A DNA stretch of 55,282 bases from Eubacteriales bacterium (lineage in GTDB: Bacteria > Bacillota > Clostridia > Oscillospirales > CAG-272), in the NCBI GenBank assembly GCA_045605265.1, contig JAZUPQ010000011.1, positions 1 through 55,282 of the forward strand, given 5' to 3'. Within the stretch, counting starts at the first letter, position 1. The number at the start of each line of letters is the position of its first letter. Below are positions 1 through 9,161 of the stretch, one piece after another. The notes below the pieces were generated by a model that was given only the letters and a program-made list of their open reading frames with translations, was not told where the DNA came from and ran no database searches. A program made the position numbers and the translations under genes.

Positions 1-368
1 ATGTATACGCCCTTGTGCATATCTATGCCTTTCAGGTTCGGCTCATAGACCTTCTTTCCGTCCTTCCTCACCTTTGCAAAGGAGAAGCAATATTCCTTTT
101 CGGTTTTCTCATCCTGGTAAAAAAATCCCTCCGACAGTTCCGTGTCGGCGATTTTCCGAAACCTCTTAAAATCGGATTTCTTCATCACCAAATCAATGTC
201 GTCATCCCAGGGAATAAAGCCTCGGTGTCTTACCGCCCCGAGCAGAGTTCCGGCGGTGAGGAAGTATTCTATATTATGTTTTTTGCAAATTCGGTCAAGT
301 TCTTCAAGAATAGTCAGCTCGTCCAGCTGCAAATCTCTTTTTTCCTCCGGGGATAAAAACTTCGACAT
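1..368 (-). CDS. LicD-family phosphotransferase, N-terminal part (ORF runs off the left edge)
   Basis: Absent from the ORF track because no stop lies in the window. Manual reverse-strand translation from ATG at 368 gives MSKFLSPEEKRDLQLDELTILEELDRICKKHNIEYFLTAGTLLGAVRHRGFIPWDDDIDLVMKK..., which carries the LicD signature GTLLGAVRHxGFIPWDDDxD. Confidence 0.85.
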   Translation of the reverse strand, partial: MSKFLSPEEKRDLQLDELTILEELDRICKKHNIEYFLTAGTLLGAVRHRGFIPWDDDIDLVMKKSDFKRFRKIADTELSEGFFYQDEKTEKEYCFSFAKVRKDGKKVYEPNLKGIDMHKGVY

Positions 369-499
369 GGGAACTCCCTTTTAAAATAAAATAAACTTAT
401 GATTAATAATTAGTATAACATATATCCAAAACAATGTCAAGACGCTTAGTCGAATGTGCTGTTATTTTGGTATCCGTCCGCTTTAATTTGTCAAATCTA

Positions 500-528
500 T
501 TGCAAAAATTACGAAAATATGATATAGT
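500..528 (+). promoter_or_regulatory. sigma-A type promoter candidate for gpsA
   Basis: TTGCAA (500-505), 17-nt spacer, TATAGT (523-528), preceded by TG (extended -10). It lies about 40 nt upstream of the gpsA start. Confidence 0.5.
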
Positions 529-570
529 GAATACAATATAACAATCATAATCTTGAAAGCGAGAAAAATT

Positions 571-1578
571 ATGAAAATAGGAATACTGGGCGCGGGCACT
601 TGGGGAGTGGGACTTGCCTATCTTCTCTATAACAACGGACACGGTATAACGGTTTGGTCTGCTCTTCCCGAAGAGATAGACAATTTGGAAAAAACGGGTA
701 GACATAAAAGCCTGCCGGATACGGTTTTGCCTAAGGGAATCAATTATACGAAAGACATAGAAAAGGCAATTAAAGGAATGGACATCGTTATTTTTGTTGT
801 CCCATCGGTTTTTATGCGTAAAACTGCCGAAATTGCCGCCGAATATTTGGACGAGGGAACTATTATAGCCACCGCCTCAAAGGGAATAGAGCAGAATAGT
901 TTTTTGACTATGAGCGGCATAATTGACGACGTTCTCGCAAAAGCGAGACCTAATCTGAAATACGATATAGTCGCCCTCTCCGGCCCCACTCATGCAGAGG
1001 AGGTTGTAAAGGGGCTTCCGACTTCGATAGTTTCCGCCTGCGAAAACGAGGAGGTGGCGTTCAAGGTTGCACAGATTTTTTCCAGCACCTGTATGAGAGC
1101 CTACGCGAATACGGATATTCTGGGAGTGGAACTCTGCGGCGCTTTGAAAAACATAATCGCTATTGCCGCGGGAATTAATCACGGAATGGGATTCGGCGAT
1201 AATTCAGCCGCTATGCTCATCACGAGAGGAATTGCGGAAATGCGCAGAATAGGCGTAGCCATCGGCTGCAATAAAGACACTTTTATGGGACTTGCGGGAA
1301 TCGGTGACCTTATAGTAACCGCAACCTCTCGCCACAGCCGTAATAACAGATGCGGCGAGCTTGTGGGCAGGGGAATGAAATACGAGGACGCCGTTTCGGA
1401 AATCGGAATGGTCGTAGAGGGCTACCACGCTCTTGAAGCCGCAATGGCTATGTCGCAAAAATACGGAGTTGAAATGCCCATTGTCGAGGCGGTTTATGAT
1501 ATTCTCAAAAAGGGCGTATCACCAAAAGAAGCGATGGTAAGGCTGATGACGAGAAATATCAAAAACGAGATTTATTGA
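571..1578 (+). CDS. gpsA: NAD(P)H-dependent glycerol-3-phosphate dehydrogenase
   Basis: MKIGILGAGTWG Rossmann N-terminus plus a GpsA-like core (GPTHAEEV, ALKNIIAIAAGI, GDLIVTATSRHSRN). ATG at 571 is preferred over the TTG at 553 used by the ORF track. Confidence 0.95.
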   Translation: MKIGILGAGTWGVGLAYLLYNNGHGITVWSALPEEIDNLEKTGRHKSLPDTVLPKGINYTKDIEKAIKGMDIVIFVVPSVFMRKTAEIAAEYLDEGTIIATASKGIEQNSFLTMSGIIDDVLAKARPNLKYDIVALSGPTHAEEVVKGLPTSIVSACENEEVAFKVAQIFSSTCMRAYANTDILGVELCGALKNIIAIAAGINHGMGFGDNSAAMLITRGIAEMRRIGVAIGCNKDTFMGLAGIGDLIVTATSRHSRNNRCGELVGRGMKYEDAVSEIGMVVEGYHALEAAMAMSQKYGVEMPIVEAVYDILKKGVSPKEAMVRLMTRNIKNEIY

Positions 1579-1600
1579 ACTTTTAGCAGGAGACTTGAAA

Positions 1601-2305
1601 ATGAACAACTGGAAAGGTAAAAAATGGTACTGCTACGGCACGTCCCTGACAGCTCCAACAATCAGCAGGGGCAGAATAGGCTGGAAACTCACGGGAGAGG
1701 GATACCAAGGCAGAATGGGATATTACGCAGAGCATCTTGCCAAACTATCGGGTATGGAGGAGCATAATTTCGGACTCGGCGGAGTGGGCATCATCCCGTC
1801 GCTTCACCCCGATGACAACAACAAAAAACGGGTAATGACTCTGGACGACGGTAAAGCCGAGGCGGATTTAATCACCGTCGAGGTCATACCCAACGATTTT
1901 GGACTTGCGCCCTTGGGAGAAGTGACCGACACCTGCGATGAAACCTTTTGCGGAAATCTCAACCAGATTATCGAATACTTACTTAAAAATACAAAGGCAA
2001 GGGTGATTATTCTCATAGCCACAAGACAGAGATTCAGCCACCTTGACTGCAACTTAAAGTATCTTCCCACGACAGAGACCGTTCTTGAACGCATAAAATG
2101 GGAAGAGGCTACGGAAAAAATCTGTAAAATGCACGGCGTTCCCTGCTTTAACGGAGCAAGTGAGGCAGGTCTTGGATATTGGCGGGTTTTTGATGACGAC
2201 GGTGTTTACTACAACGACAATATCCATCTGGCGAGCGAGGGCGGAAGAATTCTCGCAGAATACTACTTTGGAAAATTGCAGAGTATTTACCCCTTTAAAA
2301 AATAA
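1601..2305 (+). CDS. SGNH/GDSL-family hydrolase
   Basis: YGTSLT block I near the N-terminus and DNIHLASEG (DxxH block V) near the C-terminus. AGGAGA RBS lies 7 nt upstream of ATG 1601. Confidence 0.7.
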   Translation: MNNWKGKKWYCYGTSLTAPTISRGRIGWKLTGEGYQGRMGYYAEHLAKLSGMEEHNFGLGGVGIIPSLHPDDNNKKRVMTLDDGKAEADLITVEVIPNDFGLAPLGEVTDTCDETFCGNLNQIIEYLLKNTKARVIILIATRQRFSHLDCNLKYLPTTETVLERIKWEEATEKICKMHGVPCFNGASEAGLGYWRVFDDDGVYYNDNIHLASEGGRILAEYYFGKLQSIYPFKK

Positions 2306-2329
2306 CGCCTATTTGATTTTGGAGGTTGT

Positions 2330-4039
2330 ATGGACAGCTTACATTATGACCCGCTCGATTACTATAAACAAAATCTTGAACAAAAACACAAAGGAAACAT
2401 AGAGGAGCTTTTTGAACAGCTGACGAAAACTTCCGGTGTTGACATAGAGAAAAACAGAAAGACGGTGGCCGAGTACAAGACCGGGCTCAAAGCCGTCGAG
2501 AAGATGAAAAACAGGTCGTTTTGGCTTTGCTTTTTGCGAGTTGTGATGTTTGTTTTAGCCGCTGCCGCGTTGATACTCGGTATCGTGTTTTTTAACACGG
2601 GGTGGTATATACCGACAATTTGCTTTGCTTTAGCGGTGATTTTGCCGGTATTAGTCTTTGTCTTTCTCAACAAAAAAATCAAAAACCTCAATTCCCGGCT
2701 CGAAGCCGAAAACGAGAGGGCAAAAAGACTTTACGGCGAGGCACTTTCGCAAATGTCGTCGCTGAACGCTCTCTTCAATGAGAAGATGACCTTGCAGCTT
2801 TTTGAAAAAACCAATCCGCGCTTCAAGTTTGAGAGCAACTTTTCCTCCGAGCTTTCCGACGAGCTGAGGCAAAACTGCGATATGCCGTACTTCAATGATA
2901 ACGAGGATTTCAGCGTCATTGACGCTCTTTCGGGAAGGTATAATAAAAACCCGTTTGTTTATCTGCGCAGACTGGTATGTAAAATGGGTATGGAAATTTA
3001 CCACGGCTACAAGGTTATATCCTGGACCGAAACTTACAGAGACTCGAAGGGGAACAGGAGAACCCGCACCCGCACTCAAACCCTGCACGCTCAGGTATCA
3101 AAGCCCAAGCCCTTTTATCACACAGATACTCTCTTATATTTCGGGGCGCAGGGCGCGCCCGACCTCTGTTTTAGCCGAGAGGGAAAAAATATTAACCTGA
3201 AAAGTGACGGCGCAATAGAGCGATTTGTCAAAAAGGGCGAGAAGCAGAACAAAAAACGCGCCCAAAAGGCGATTGCCGACGGCGGAGGATTTACGGCTAT
3301 GACCAACACCGAGTTTGACTCCCTCTTCAACGCAACCGACCGAGATAACGAGGTACAGTTCAGACTTATGTTCACCCCGCTTGCCCAAACGAGTATGGTT
3401 GAGCTGATTTTATCGGACGATACCTTCGGCGACGATTTTGATTTTTATAAATTCAAACGCCTGAATATCGTAAAGAGCGATCACGCGCAGGTTTGGAATA
3501 TGGATACCTCGCCTGAAAATTACCGTTCCTATTCCTACGACGAGTCAAAATCCAAGTTTGAAAATTTCAACAACGCCTATTTTAAAAGCGTATACTTTGA
3601 CTTTGCACCGCTTTTGGCAATACCCGTCTATCAAGAGGATGTTAAGGTTATGAAATCCGACGTCAAAGGCACGGGGCAGGTTTTTGCCGACGAGGAATAC
3701 GAGCTTATGGCAAATGCAATCGGAGCGAAAAACTTCGCCCACCCCGCAACTCAAAGCTCGACGATTTTGAAAGCCTGTTACGACAAAACTGTCAACGGAG
3801 AGGAGCAAATTACGGTAAAAGCCTATTCCTACTCCACGATAAAACGCTTTGACGTTGTTATGGTACTTGGCGGAGACGGCAGAATGCATAGCGTAACGGT
3901 GCCGTGGTTAGAATATATACCGATATCGCAAACCTCGACTATGTATTCAAGGACGGGAGCAGAAGAAAAGGAGGAGAAGAATATCACCTCCAAAATACGA
4001 AACAAAATACATGCATACATAAATAAATATGGCAAATAA
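2330..4039 (+). CDS. Membrane protein of unknown function (2 TM helices plus a large C-terminal domain); reminiscent of DUF3137-type LemA partners
   Basis: 569-aa ORF with two hydrophobic helices (FWLCFLRVVMFVLAAAALILGIVFF and WYIPTICFALAVILPVLVFVFL). The segment TNTEFDSLFNATDRDNEVQFRLMFTPLAQTSMVELI resembles the pattern I associate with DUF3137 proteins. That family call is from memory and is unverified. Confidence 0.5.
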   Translation: MDSLHYDPLDYYKQNLEQKHKGNIEELFEQLTKTSGVDIEKNRKTVAEYKTGLKAVEKMKNRSFWLCFLRVVMFVLAAAALILGIVFFNTGWYIPTICFALAVILPVLVFVFLNKKIKNLNSRLEAENERAKRLYGEALSQMSSLNALFNEKMTLQLFEKTNPRFKFESNFSSELSDELRQNCDMPYFNDNEDFSVIDALSGRYNKNPFVYLRRLVCKMGMEIYHGYKVISWTETYRDSKGNRRTRTRTQTLHAQVSKPKPFYHTDTLLYFGAQGAPDLCFSREGKNINLKSDGAIERFVKKGEKQNKKRAQKAIADGGGFTAMTNTEFDSLFNATDRDNEVQFRLMFTPLAQTSMVELILSDDTFGDDFDFYKFKRLNIVKSDHAQVWNMDTSPENYRSYSYDESKSKFENFNNAYFKSVYFDFAPLLAIPVYQEDVKVMKSDVKGTGQVFADEEYELMANAIGAKNFAHPATQSSTILKACYDKTVNGEEQITVKAYSYSTIKRFDVVMVLGGDGRMHSVTVPWLEYIPISQTSTMYSRTGAEEKEEKNITSKIRNKIHAYINKYGK

Positions 4040-4052
4040 AGGAGAAACAAAA

Positions 4053-4715
4053 ATGGCAAACCAATTAGACGAACTCAATCCCGAAATTCGCGAAGAAGGA
4101 CTTGACACCAACGTAATTGCGAAAAAATTACCTGCAAAGGTAGGCAAGGGCTCTCTTGTATTTGAAATTTTCCTGTGGTTTCCGCTTGTGATTCCGGGAC
4201 TGATATTCCAATACAAAAAAACCAAGGCGAAGAATTATTTTGACCAATTACAGCAAAAAATCCAATCGCAAGCATCGCAAATTGACAACTATCTCGAACA
4301 AAGAGTCGTAGTTCTTCAAAACTGCGCTAAGCTGTTGGATAAGGCGATTGATCTTGACAAATCCACTTTTGAGAATATCGCCAAATACCGTTCGGGCAAA
4401 ATAACGGACGAGGAGAGAAACGAGCTTTCCGGAAATATCGACACTCTTTCAAGGGACGTCAATATAGCATTCGAGAACTACCCCGACCTTAAAGCCCATA
4501 AAGAAATTGAAAGCGCTATGCAGCAAAATATGTATCTCCAAAGAGAGATAACTGCCGCAAGAGAGCTCTACAACGACAGCATTTCCGCCTGGAACAGAGA
4601 CATATTCGATTGGCCCACAAAGGCTATCGTGGCAGCCAAAAACGGTTACACCACAAGAATTCCGTTCATCGCGTCAAAAGAGATGAAGGAAAGAGCGCGC
4701 GACGTGTTTTTTTAA
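4053..4715 (+). CDS. lemA: LemA family protein
   Basis: N-terminal TM helix followed by LemA-like blocks (ENYPDLKAHKEIESAMQQNMYLQREITAARELYNDSISAWNRDIFDWPTKAIV). AAGGAGA RBS lies 7 nt before ATG 4053, right after the upstream stop. Confidence 0.85.
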   Translation: MANQLDELNPEIREEGLDTNVIAKKLPAKVGKGSLVFEIFLWFPLVIPGLIFQYKKTKAKNYFDQLQQKIQSQASQIDNYLEQRVVVLQNCAKLLDKAIDLDKSTFENIAKYRSGKITDEERNELSGNIDTLSRDVNIAFENYPDLKAHKEIESAMQQNMYLQREITAARELYNDSISAWNRDIFDWPTKAIVAAKNGYTTRIPFIASKEMKERARDVFF

Positions 4716-4750
4716 AACGAGCCGCTTAATTCGGAAATAAACGAAATAAA

Positions 4751-4796
4751 ACGGAGACAACGAGTGTTTTTTCTCGTTGTCTCCGTTTGTTTTTTA
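4751..4796. terminator. Bidirectional rho-independent terminator between convergent lemA and deoR-type genes
   Basis: Perfect 14-bp stem ACGGAGACAACGAG / CTCGTTGTCTCCGT with an 8-nt loop. T-rich tracts follow it on both strands. Confidence 0.85.
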
Positions 4797-4827
4797 TGCG
4801 ACAGAGGTTGAAAATCTACGATTTTCT

Positions 4828-5592
4828 TTAAGCTAAAATTACAGTAATTCCTTTCGCCTTTAACGATTTTATATATCGGTCGGGAGTCTTTGAATTAGTG
4901 ACCAGAACATCAATCTCGTCAAGCGAGTCTATGTTTGAAAAGGCGGTTCTTCCGATTTTGCTGTAATCCGCCGCTACGATAACCTTGCTTGAACGGGACA
5001 TCATATTTTGACATATCTCAGCCTCGTGATAGTAAAAGGTTGAAATTCCGTCGTTTACGTCAACTCCGTCCACCGACATTATCATAAGATTTGCGTTATA
5101 GCGTGAGAGCTCTCTCAGCGCGGAAGTGCCGTATGTGAACTGATAATCTGCGTCCACGTCTCCTCCGAGAAGGATAATTTTGAAATTCGGGTTCTTCGCC
5201 CCCTCGATAGCAAGAGCGATTGAATTTGTAACGATGGTTATATTTTTATCCCAAAGAGCCCTCAGGACAAAGAGAGTCGTAGTACCCGAATTCATAATAA
5301 GCGTGTCGTGGTTTTTTACAAACTTGCTTATCTCTGCGGCAATCTCGGTTTTTTCTTGCAGATTTGTGTTGCTTCTCTGCAACAGAGTCATATCTCTGTA
5401 CGACTTGTAGCTTTTAATTGCTCCGCCGTGAACTCTTGACAAGAGGTCGAGCCTTTCCAGCTCCGCAAGGTCGTTTCTGATAACGACTCCCGAAACTCCG
5501 AATTCCTCGCTTAATTTTTTTACGTGAACTCTTCCGTTTTCGTTGAGCTTGTTTAAAATTTCATCCCGTCTTTCCTGAACGCTGTACTCCAT
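4828..5592 (-). CDS. DeoR/GlpR-family transcriptional regulator
   Basis: N-terminal wHTH (RRDEILNKLNENGRVHVKKLSEEFGVSGVVIRNDLAELE) plus a DeoR C-terminal sugar-phosphate sensor domain. It is divergent from the sugar operon. Confidence 0.9.
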   Translation of the reverse strand: MEYSVQERRDEILNKLNENGRVHVKKLSEEFGVSGVVIRNDLAELERLDLLSRVHGGAIKSYKSYRDMTLLQRSNTNLQEKTEIAAEISKFVKNHDTLIMNSGTTTLFVLRALWDKNITIVTNSIALAIEGAKNPNFKIILLGGDVDADYQFTYGTSALRELSRYNANLMIMSVDGVDVNDGISTFYYHEAEICQNMMSRSSKVIVAADYSKIGRTAFSNIDSLDEIDVLVTNSKTPDRYIKSLKAKGITVILA

Positions 5593-5624
5593 TACGAATT
5601 CCTCATTCTGAATTTTATGCTACA

Positions 5625-5653
5625 AGTATATCATTATTTTTCCGATTTGTCAA
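5625..5653 (-). promoter_or_regulatory. Promoter candidate for the DeoR-family regulator
   Basis: On the minus strand: TTGACA, 17-nt spacer, TATACT. Confidence 0.45.
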
Positions 5654-5691
5654 ATGAGATAAAATCTTTTATTCATAATTTTATATTCATA

Positions 5692-5720
5692 TTGACAAGA
5701 GAAAATTGTTGTGATATAAT
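5692..5720 (+). promoter_or_regulatory. Consensus sigma-A promoter of the sugar-phosphate operon
   Basis: TTGACA (5692-5697), 17-nt spacer, TATAAT (5715-5720), with TG at -15/-14 (extended -10). Confidence 0.6.
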
Positions 5721-5773
5721 TTTTCTGTAAACAAAAGCAAATGAAATATAATTTGAAATTAAATGAAAGAGAG

Positions 5774-6481
5774 ATGGCTATGTACAGAAATTACAAAATC
5801 AAAGAGCCCTTCTTTGAGTACGGACCGAAGTGCTATATGTACGGTGACGTTCTGCTCAACGTAGCGAAAGGGCTTGACGAACTATCCGAAAAATACGACG
5901 TTGACGTAATTCTAGACGTTCCGGATACCGAAATCAAGAATATAGCGGACAATACAAAGCGTATCCACGTATATTCGCAGCACATGGACAGTATTCCCGT
6001 TGGACGCGGAATGGGCAGAACTCTCCCCGAGGCGTTAAAGGCGTGCGGAGCAGTTGGCGTAATGCTCAACCACGCGGAGCACAAGCTCACCATCGATGAA
6101 ATTGCCGCCGCAATCGCAAGAGCGGATGAAGTTGGACTTGCAACTATGGTTTGCGCTGACAGCGTTGATGAAGTTAAGGCAATCGCAAAGCTCGGGCCTA
6201 ATATTCTTGTTGCCGAGCCGACCGAGCTTATCGGAACGGGTAAACCCGCAGATAAAGAATACGTTGACGAGGTCATCAACTGTATCAGAGAAATTAATCC
6301 CGACATCAAGCCCTTTCCTTCTGCCGGCATAAGCAAGGGTGAGGACTGCTACAATATCATCAAGGCGGGTTCGTCCGCTTCCGGATGTTCCAGCGCAATC
6401 GCAAAGGCGGAGAATCCTCTCGCTCTTGCCGAGGAGATGATAAAGAGCGTCCGCAAGGCTTGGGACGAATTACATAAATAA
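5774..6481 (+). CDS. Triose-phosphate-isomerase-family (archaeal-type TIM) isomerase
   Basis: GVMLNHAEHK (LNHSE-like catalytic His block) and VAEPTELIGTGKP (EPPELIGTG catalytic Glu block). Size is about 235 aa. ATG 5774 follows GAAAGAGAG. Confidence 0.8.
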   Translation: MAMYRNYKIKEPFFEYGPKCYMYGDVLLNVAKGLDELSEKYDVDVILDVPDTEIKNIADNTKRIHVYSQHMDSIPVGRGMGRTLPEALKACGAVGVMLNHAEHKLTIDEIAAAIARADEVGLATMVCADSVDEVKAIAKLGPNILVAEPTELIGTGKPADKEYVDEVINCIREINPDIKPFPSAGISKGEDCYNIIKAGSSASGCSSAIAKAENPLALAEEMIKSVRKAWDELHK

Positions 6482-6492
6482 GGGAAGTCGCT

Positions 6493-7089
6493 ATGAAAAA
6501 AGAAACTCTGCAATTACTTAAAAACGTATACACAATAGAATCTGAATGTATCCGCGAAATGCAGGAATATTTTGACGAAGAAGCCTTTTCAAAAGCTACC
6601 GAGCTTTTGCTCAACGCAGAGAGAATCGGCGCTTCCGGATGCGGCCATTCGGGAATAATATGTCAGCACTTTGCTCATCTTATGTGCTGCGTTGAGCGCC
6701 CTGCGAGGTTTATCTCGCCGGCCGAGGCGATTCACGGCGCTACCGGATATTTTAAAGAGGGCGACGTAATGGTGTTTGCCTCTCGCGGCGGTAAGAGCGC
6801 CGAGCTTCTTCCTATTGTGAAAATATGCAAAGAAAAAAAGGTAAAGATTATCACCGTTACCGAGAATATGGACTCTATTCTTGCAAAAGAGGCGGACGTC
6901 GTGCTGAAACAGCACGTAAATCGCGAGACGGATAGATATAACGCCCAAGGCACTACCTCCTCGACCTCTCTCGCCGTAATCTTCCACATGCTTCAAACCG
7001 CGGTTATGGAGGAAGCGGGATACAGAAACGAGCAATTCGCTACAATTCACCCGGGCGGAGCGGTAGGCGAAAGACTCAACAAAAAGTAA
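6493..7089 (+). CDS. SIS-domain sugar-phosphate isomerase (6-phospho-3-hexuloisomerase-like)
   Basis: GASGCGHSGIICQHFAHLM and VFASRGGKSAELLPIVKICKEKKVKIITVTEN are typical SIS motifs. Size is about 198 aa. Confidence 0.85.
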   Translation: MKKETLQLLKNVYTIESECIREMQEYFDEEAFSKATELLLNAERIGASGCGHSGIICQHFAHLMCCVERPARFISPAEAIHGATGYFKEGDVMVFASRGGKSAELLPIVKICKEKKVKIITVTENMDSILAKEADVVLKQHVNRETDRYNAQGTTSSTSLAVIFHMLQTAVMEEAGYRNEQFATIHPGGAVGERLNKK

Positions 7090-7131
7090 TAAATCCAAAT
7101 AAAAATACAAAAACAAAAAGGAGAATTTAAA

Positions 7132-7752
7132 ATGGAATTTAAAGTTTATCAAAAGGAAATCGAGCTTCAATCAAGAGGATGGATACCCACCTTCCACGAC
7201 ATTTCAAAGGAAGTTAACGAAATCGTTACAGCATCAGGCATTAAGAACGGTACAGTTGCCGTTGTATCTCACCACACAACCTGCTCGGTAATGGTGCAGG
7301 AATGTTCACACGACATTGACAGCTTTGACCTTGAATTTTTACAGCACGACCTTCTCGACATTATGAGAAAAATGATTCCCGACTTTGCAGAGGAGCATCA
7401 ATACCGTCACCCCGGCCCAATCCACGCTCAATACGGCAGATGGGTTAACGAGCCCGGCGACTATTCAAGCATGAATACAGACGGCCACCTCAGAAGCTGC
7501 TTCTTCGGCAGAAGCGAAACGCTCACAATTAAAGACGGAATTGTAGACGGCGGTAAATTTGCACACATCTATTTCATAGACTGGGATCACGTTATTGCTC
7601 GCAGAAGACAGGTTAACGTAACCGTTATGGGTACAACAGAGGACGTTGAGGACAGAAAGTGGAACGGCGGCGCGGTTATTGACACCCGTCACAAGTTCAC
7701 AGAAGAAGAAAAGGCGTACGACGTACACTACGACCTTCAGCTTAAAAGATAA
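7132..7752 (+). CDS. YjbQ/UPF0047-family protein, unusually long
   Basis: The N-terminal pattern QSRGWIPTFHDISKEVNEIVTASGIKNGTVAVVSHHTTCSVMVQE matches the YjbQ fold signature. It is 206 aa versus about 140 aa for typical members. Confidence 0.75.
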   Translation: MEFKVYQKEIELQSRGWIPTFHDISKEVNEIVTASGIKNGTVAVVSHHTTCSVMVQECSHDIDSFDLEFLQHDLLDIMRKMIPDFAEEHQYRHPGPIHAQYGRWVNEPGDYSSMNTDGHLRSCFFGRSETLTIKDGIVDGGKFAHIYFIDWDHVIARRRQVNVTVMGTTEDVEDRKWNGGAVIDTRHKFTEEEKAYDVHYDLQLKR

Positions 7753-7755
7753 TTT

Positions 7756-9156
7756 ATGAACTTAATGGGTATAGATATAGGCACAAGTTCTATTAAGACT
7801 ATGTGCTTTGATGAGCAGCTCCGCGAGATCTGCTCGTCTAATGTCGATTACAAAATAGATTCCTTCGGTGACAGAGTGGAGTTTGACGCAGAGCGCTATT
7901 GGGAGATTGTCCGCGATGAAATCGCAAGGCTTGAAATTCCAATCGAAGCTCTTGCGGTGGACACACAGTGTGAAACTCTCATTCTCACCGACGAGAATGC
8001 AAACCCCGTAAGGCGTGCTATCGTTTGGCTTGATAATCGCGCCGTATCCGAGGCGCAGAAAATCGAGGAGCACTTTGGCAGAAAAAGGGTGTATGAAGTG
8101 ACAGGCCAACCCGAAATCACGGCGACTTGGCCTGCCGCAAAGCTTATGTGGGTTCGTGATAACGAGCCTGAAATATGGGCAAAAACCAAAAAGATTTTTC
8201 TTCTCGAAGACTACATACTTTATAAGCTTACGGGCAGATTTGTAACCGAAAAAACTCTGCAATCCTCAACCATATATTTCGACATTGTGAATTCGGATTG
8301 GTGGGATGAGATGCTCGATTTTGTCGGTGTCAGCCGAGATATGCTTCCCGAGCTTTTAGACAGCGGAAAGTACGTAGGCGACTACAATGGCATCAAGATA
8401 GTAAGCGGTGCTATGGATCAGGTCAGCGGAGCGATAGGCGCAGGGGTTATCCACCCGGGCATTGTCAGCGAGATGACGGGTACTACTATGGCGATTTTCA
8501 GTCCTACCGATAAAATTCCGCCATACGATAAGGATAGCATCGTACCCTGCCACTACAACTACGACGGCGGATACTGTCTGCTTTCATGGTCTCCCACGGC
8601 CGGAATGGCACTCAAATGGTTCAGAGATGCGCTTTGCGAGGGCAAGAGCTTTGCAGACCTATCCGACTTGGCGGAAAAGGTCGCTCCGGGCTGCGACGGC
8701 TTGACCTTTTTGCCGTATCTTTGCGGTTCGACAATGCCTAAATACAATCCTAAGGCCCGCGGTAGCTTTACAGGACTCACTCCCGAGCATACGAGAGGGC
8801 ATTTTGCCAGAAGTATTATGGAGTCGGTTTCCTGTATGCTTAAAGAAAATCTGGATTATCTGAAAGCCAACGCGAGTGAAATTCGCAGTATGGGCGGAGG
8901 AGCAAACAGCGCGGTTTGGTGTCAGATCAAAGCAGATATGACGGGAAAGAAAATCGTAACTCTCAAAAACGGCGAAACCGCCTGTCTTGGCGGCGCGATT
9001 TTGGCAGGGGTAGGTATCGGTCTTTTTGCTTCTTGCGACGAGGCGTGTAAAATTATCGAGACAAAAAACACCTACTTGCCGAAGGGCGTGGACTATGCAG
9101 AGGTCTATGAAAGATACAAAAACTACGATAACATTTTAAATGTAATTGAAAGGTGA
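7756..9156 (+). CDS. FGGY-family carbohydrate kinase (xylulokinase-like)
   Basis: MGIDIGTSSIKT phosphate-1 motif, and GGGANSAVWCQIKADMTGKKIV plus ETACLGGAILAGVG C-terminal FGGY motifs. Confidence 0.9.
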   Translation: MNLMGIDIGTSSIKTMCFDEQLREICSSNVDYKIDSFGDRVEFDAERYWEIVRDEIARLEIPIEALAVDTQCETLILTDENANPVRRAIVWLDNRAVSEAQKIEEHFGRKRVYEVTGQPEITATWPAAKLMWVRDNEPEIWAKTKKIFLLEDYILYKLTGRFVTEKTLQSSTIYFDIVNSDWWDEMLDFVGVSRDMLPELLDSGKYVGDYNGIKIVSGAMDQVSGAIGAGVIHPGIVSEMTGTTMAIFSPTDKIPPYDKDSIVPCHYNYDGGYCLLSWSPTAGMALKWFRDALCEGKSFADLSDLAEKVAPGCDGLTFLPYLCGSTMPKYNPKARGSFTGLTPEHTRGHFARSIMESVSCMLKENLDYLKANASEIRSMGGGANSAVWCQIKADMTGKKIVTLKNGETACLGGAILAGVGIGLFASCDEACKIIETKNTYLPKGVDYAEVYERYKNYDNILNVIER

Positions 9157-9161
9157 ATAAT

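Noticed and set aside
6589-7170. 193-aa minus-strand ORF. Similar long antisense ORFs occur at 12166-12687, 15126-15701, 20552-21142, 31589-32191, 42993-43448, 44224-44712 and 50509-51204.
   Set aside because: All lie fully inside well-supported genes on the opposite strand. They have odd composition, lack RBSs and show no recognisable motifs. They are shadow ORFs.
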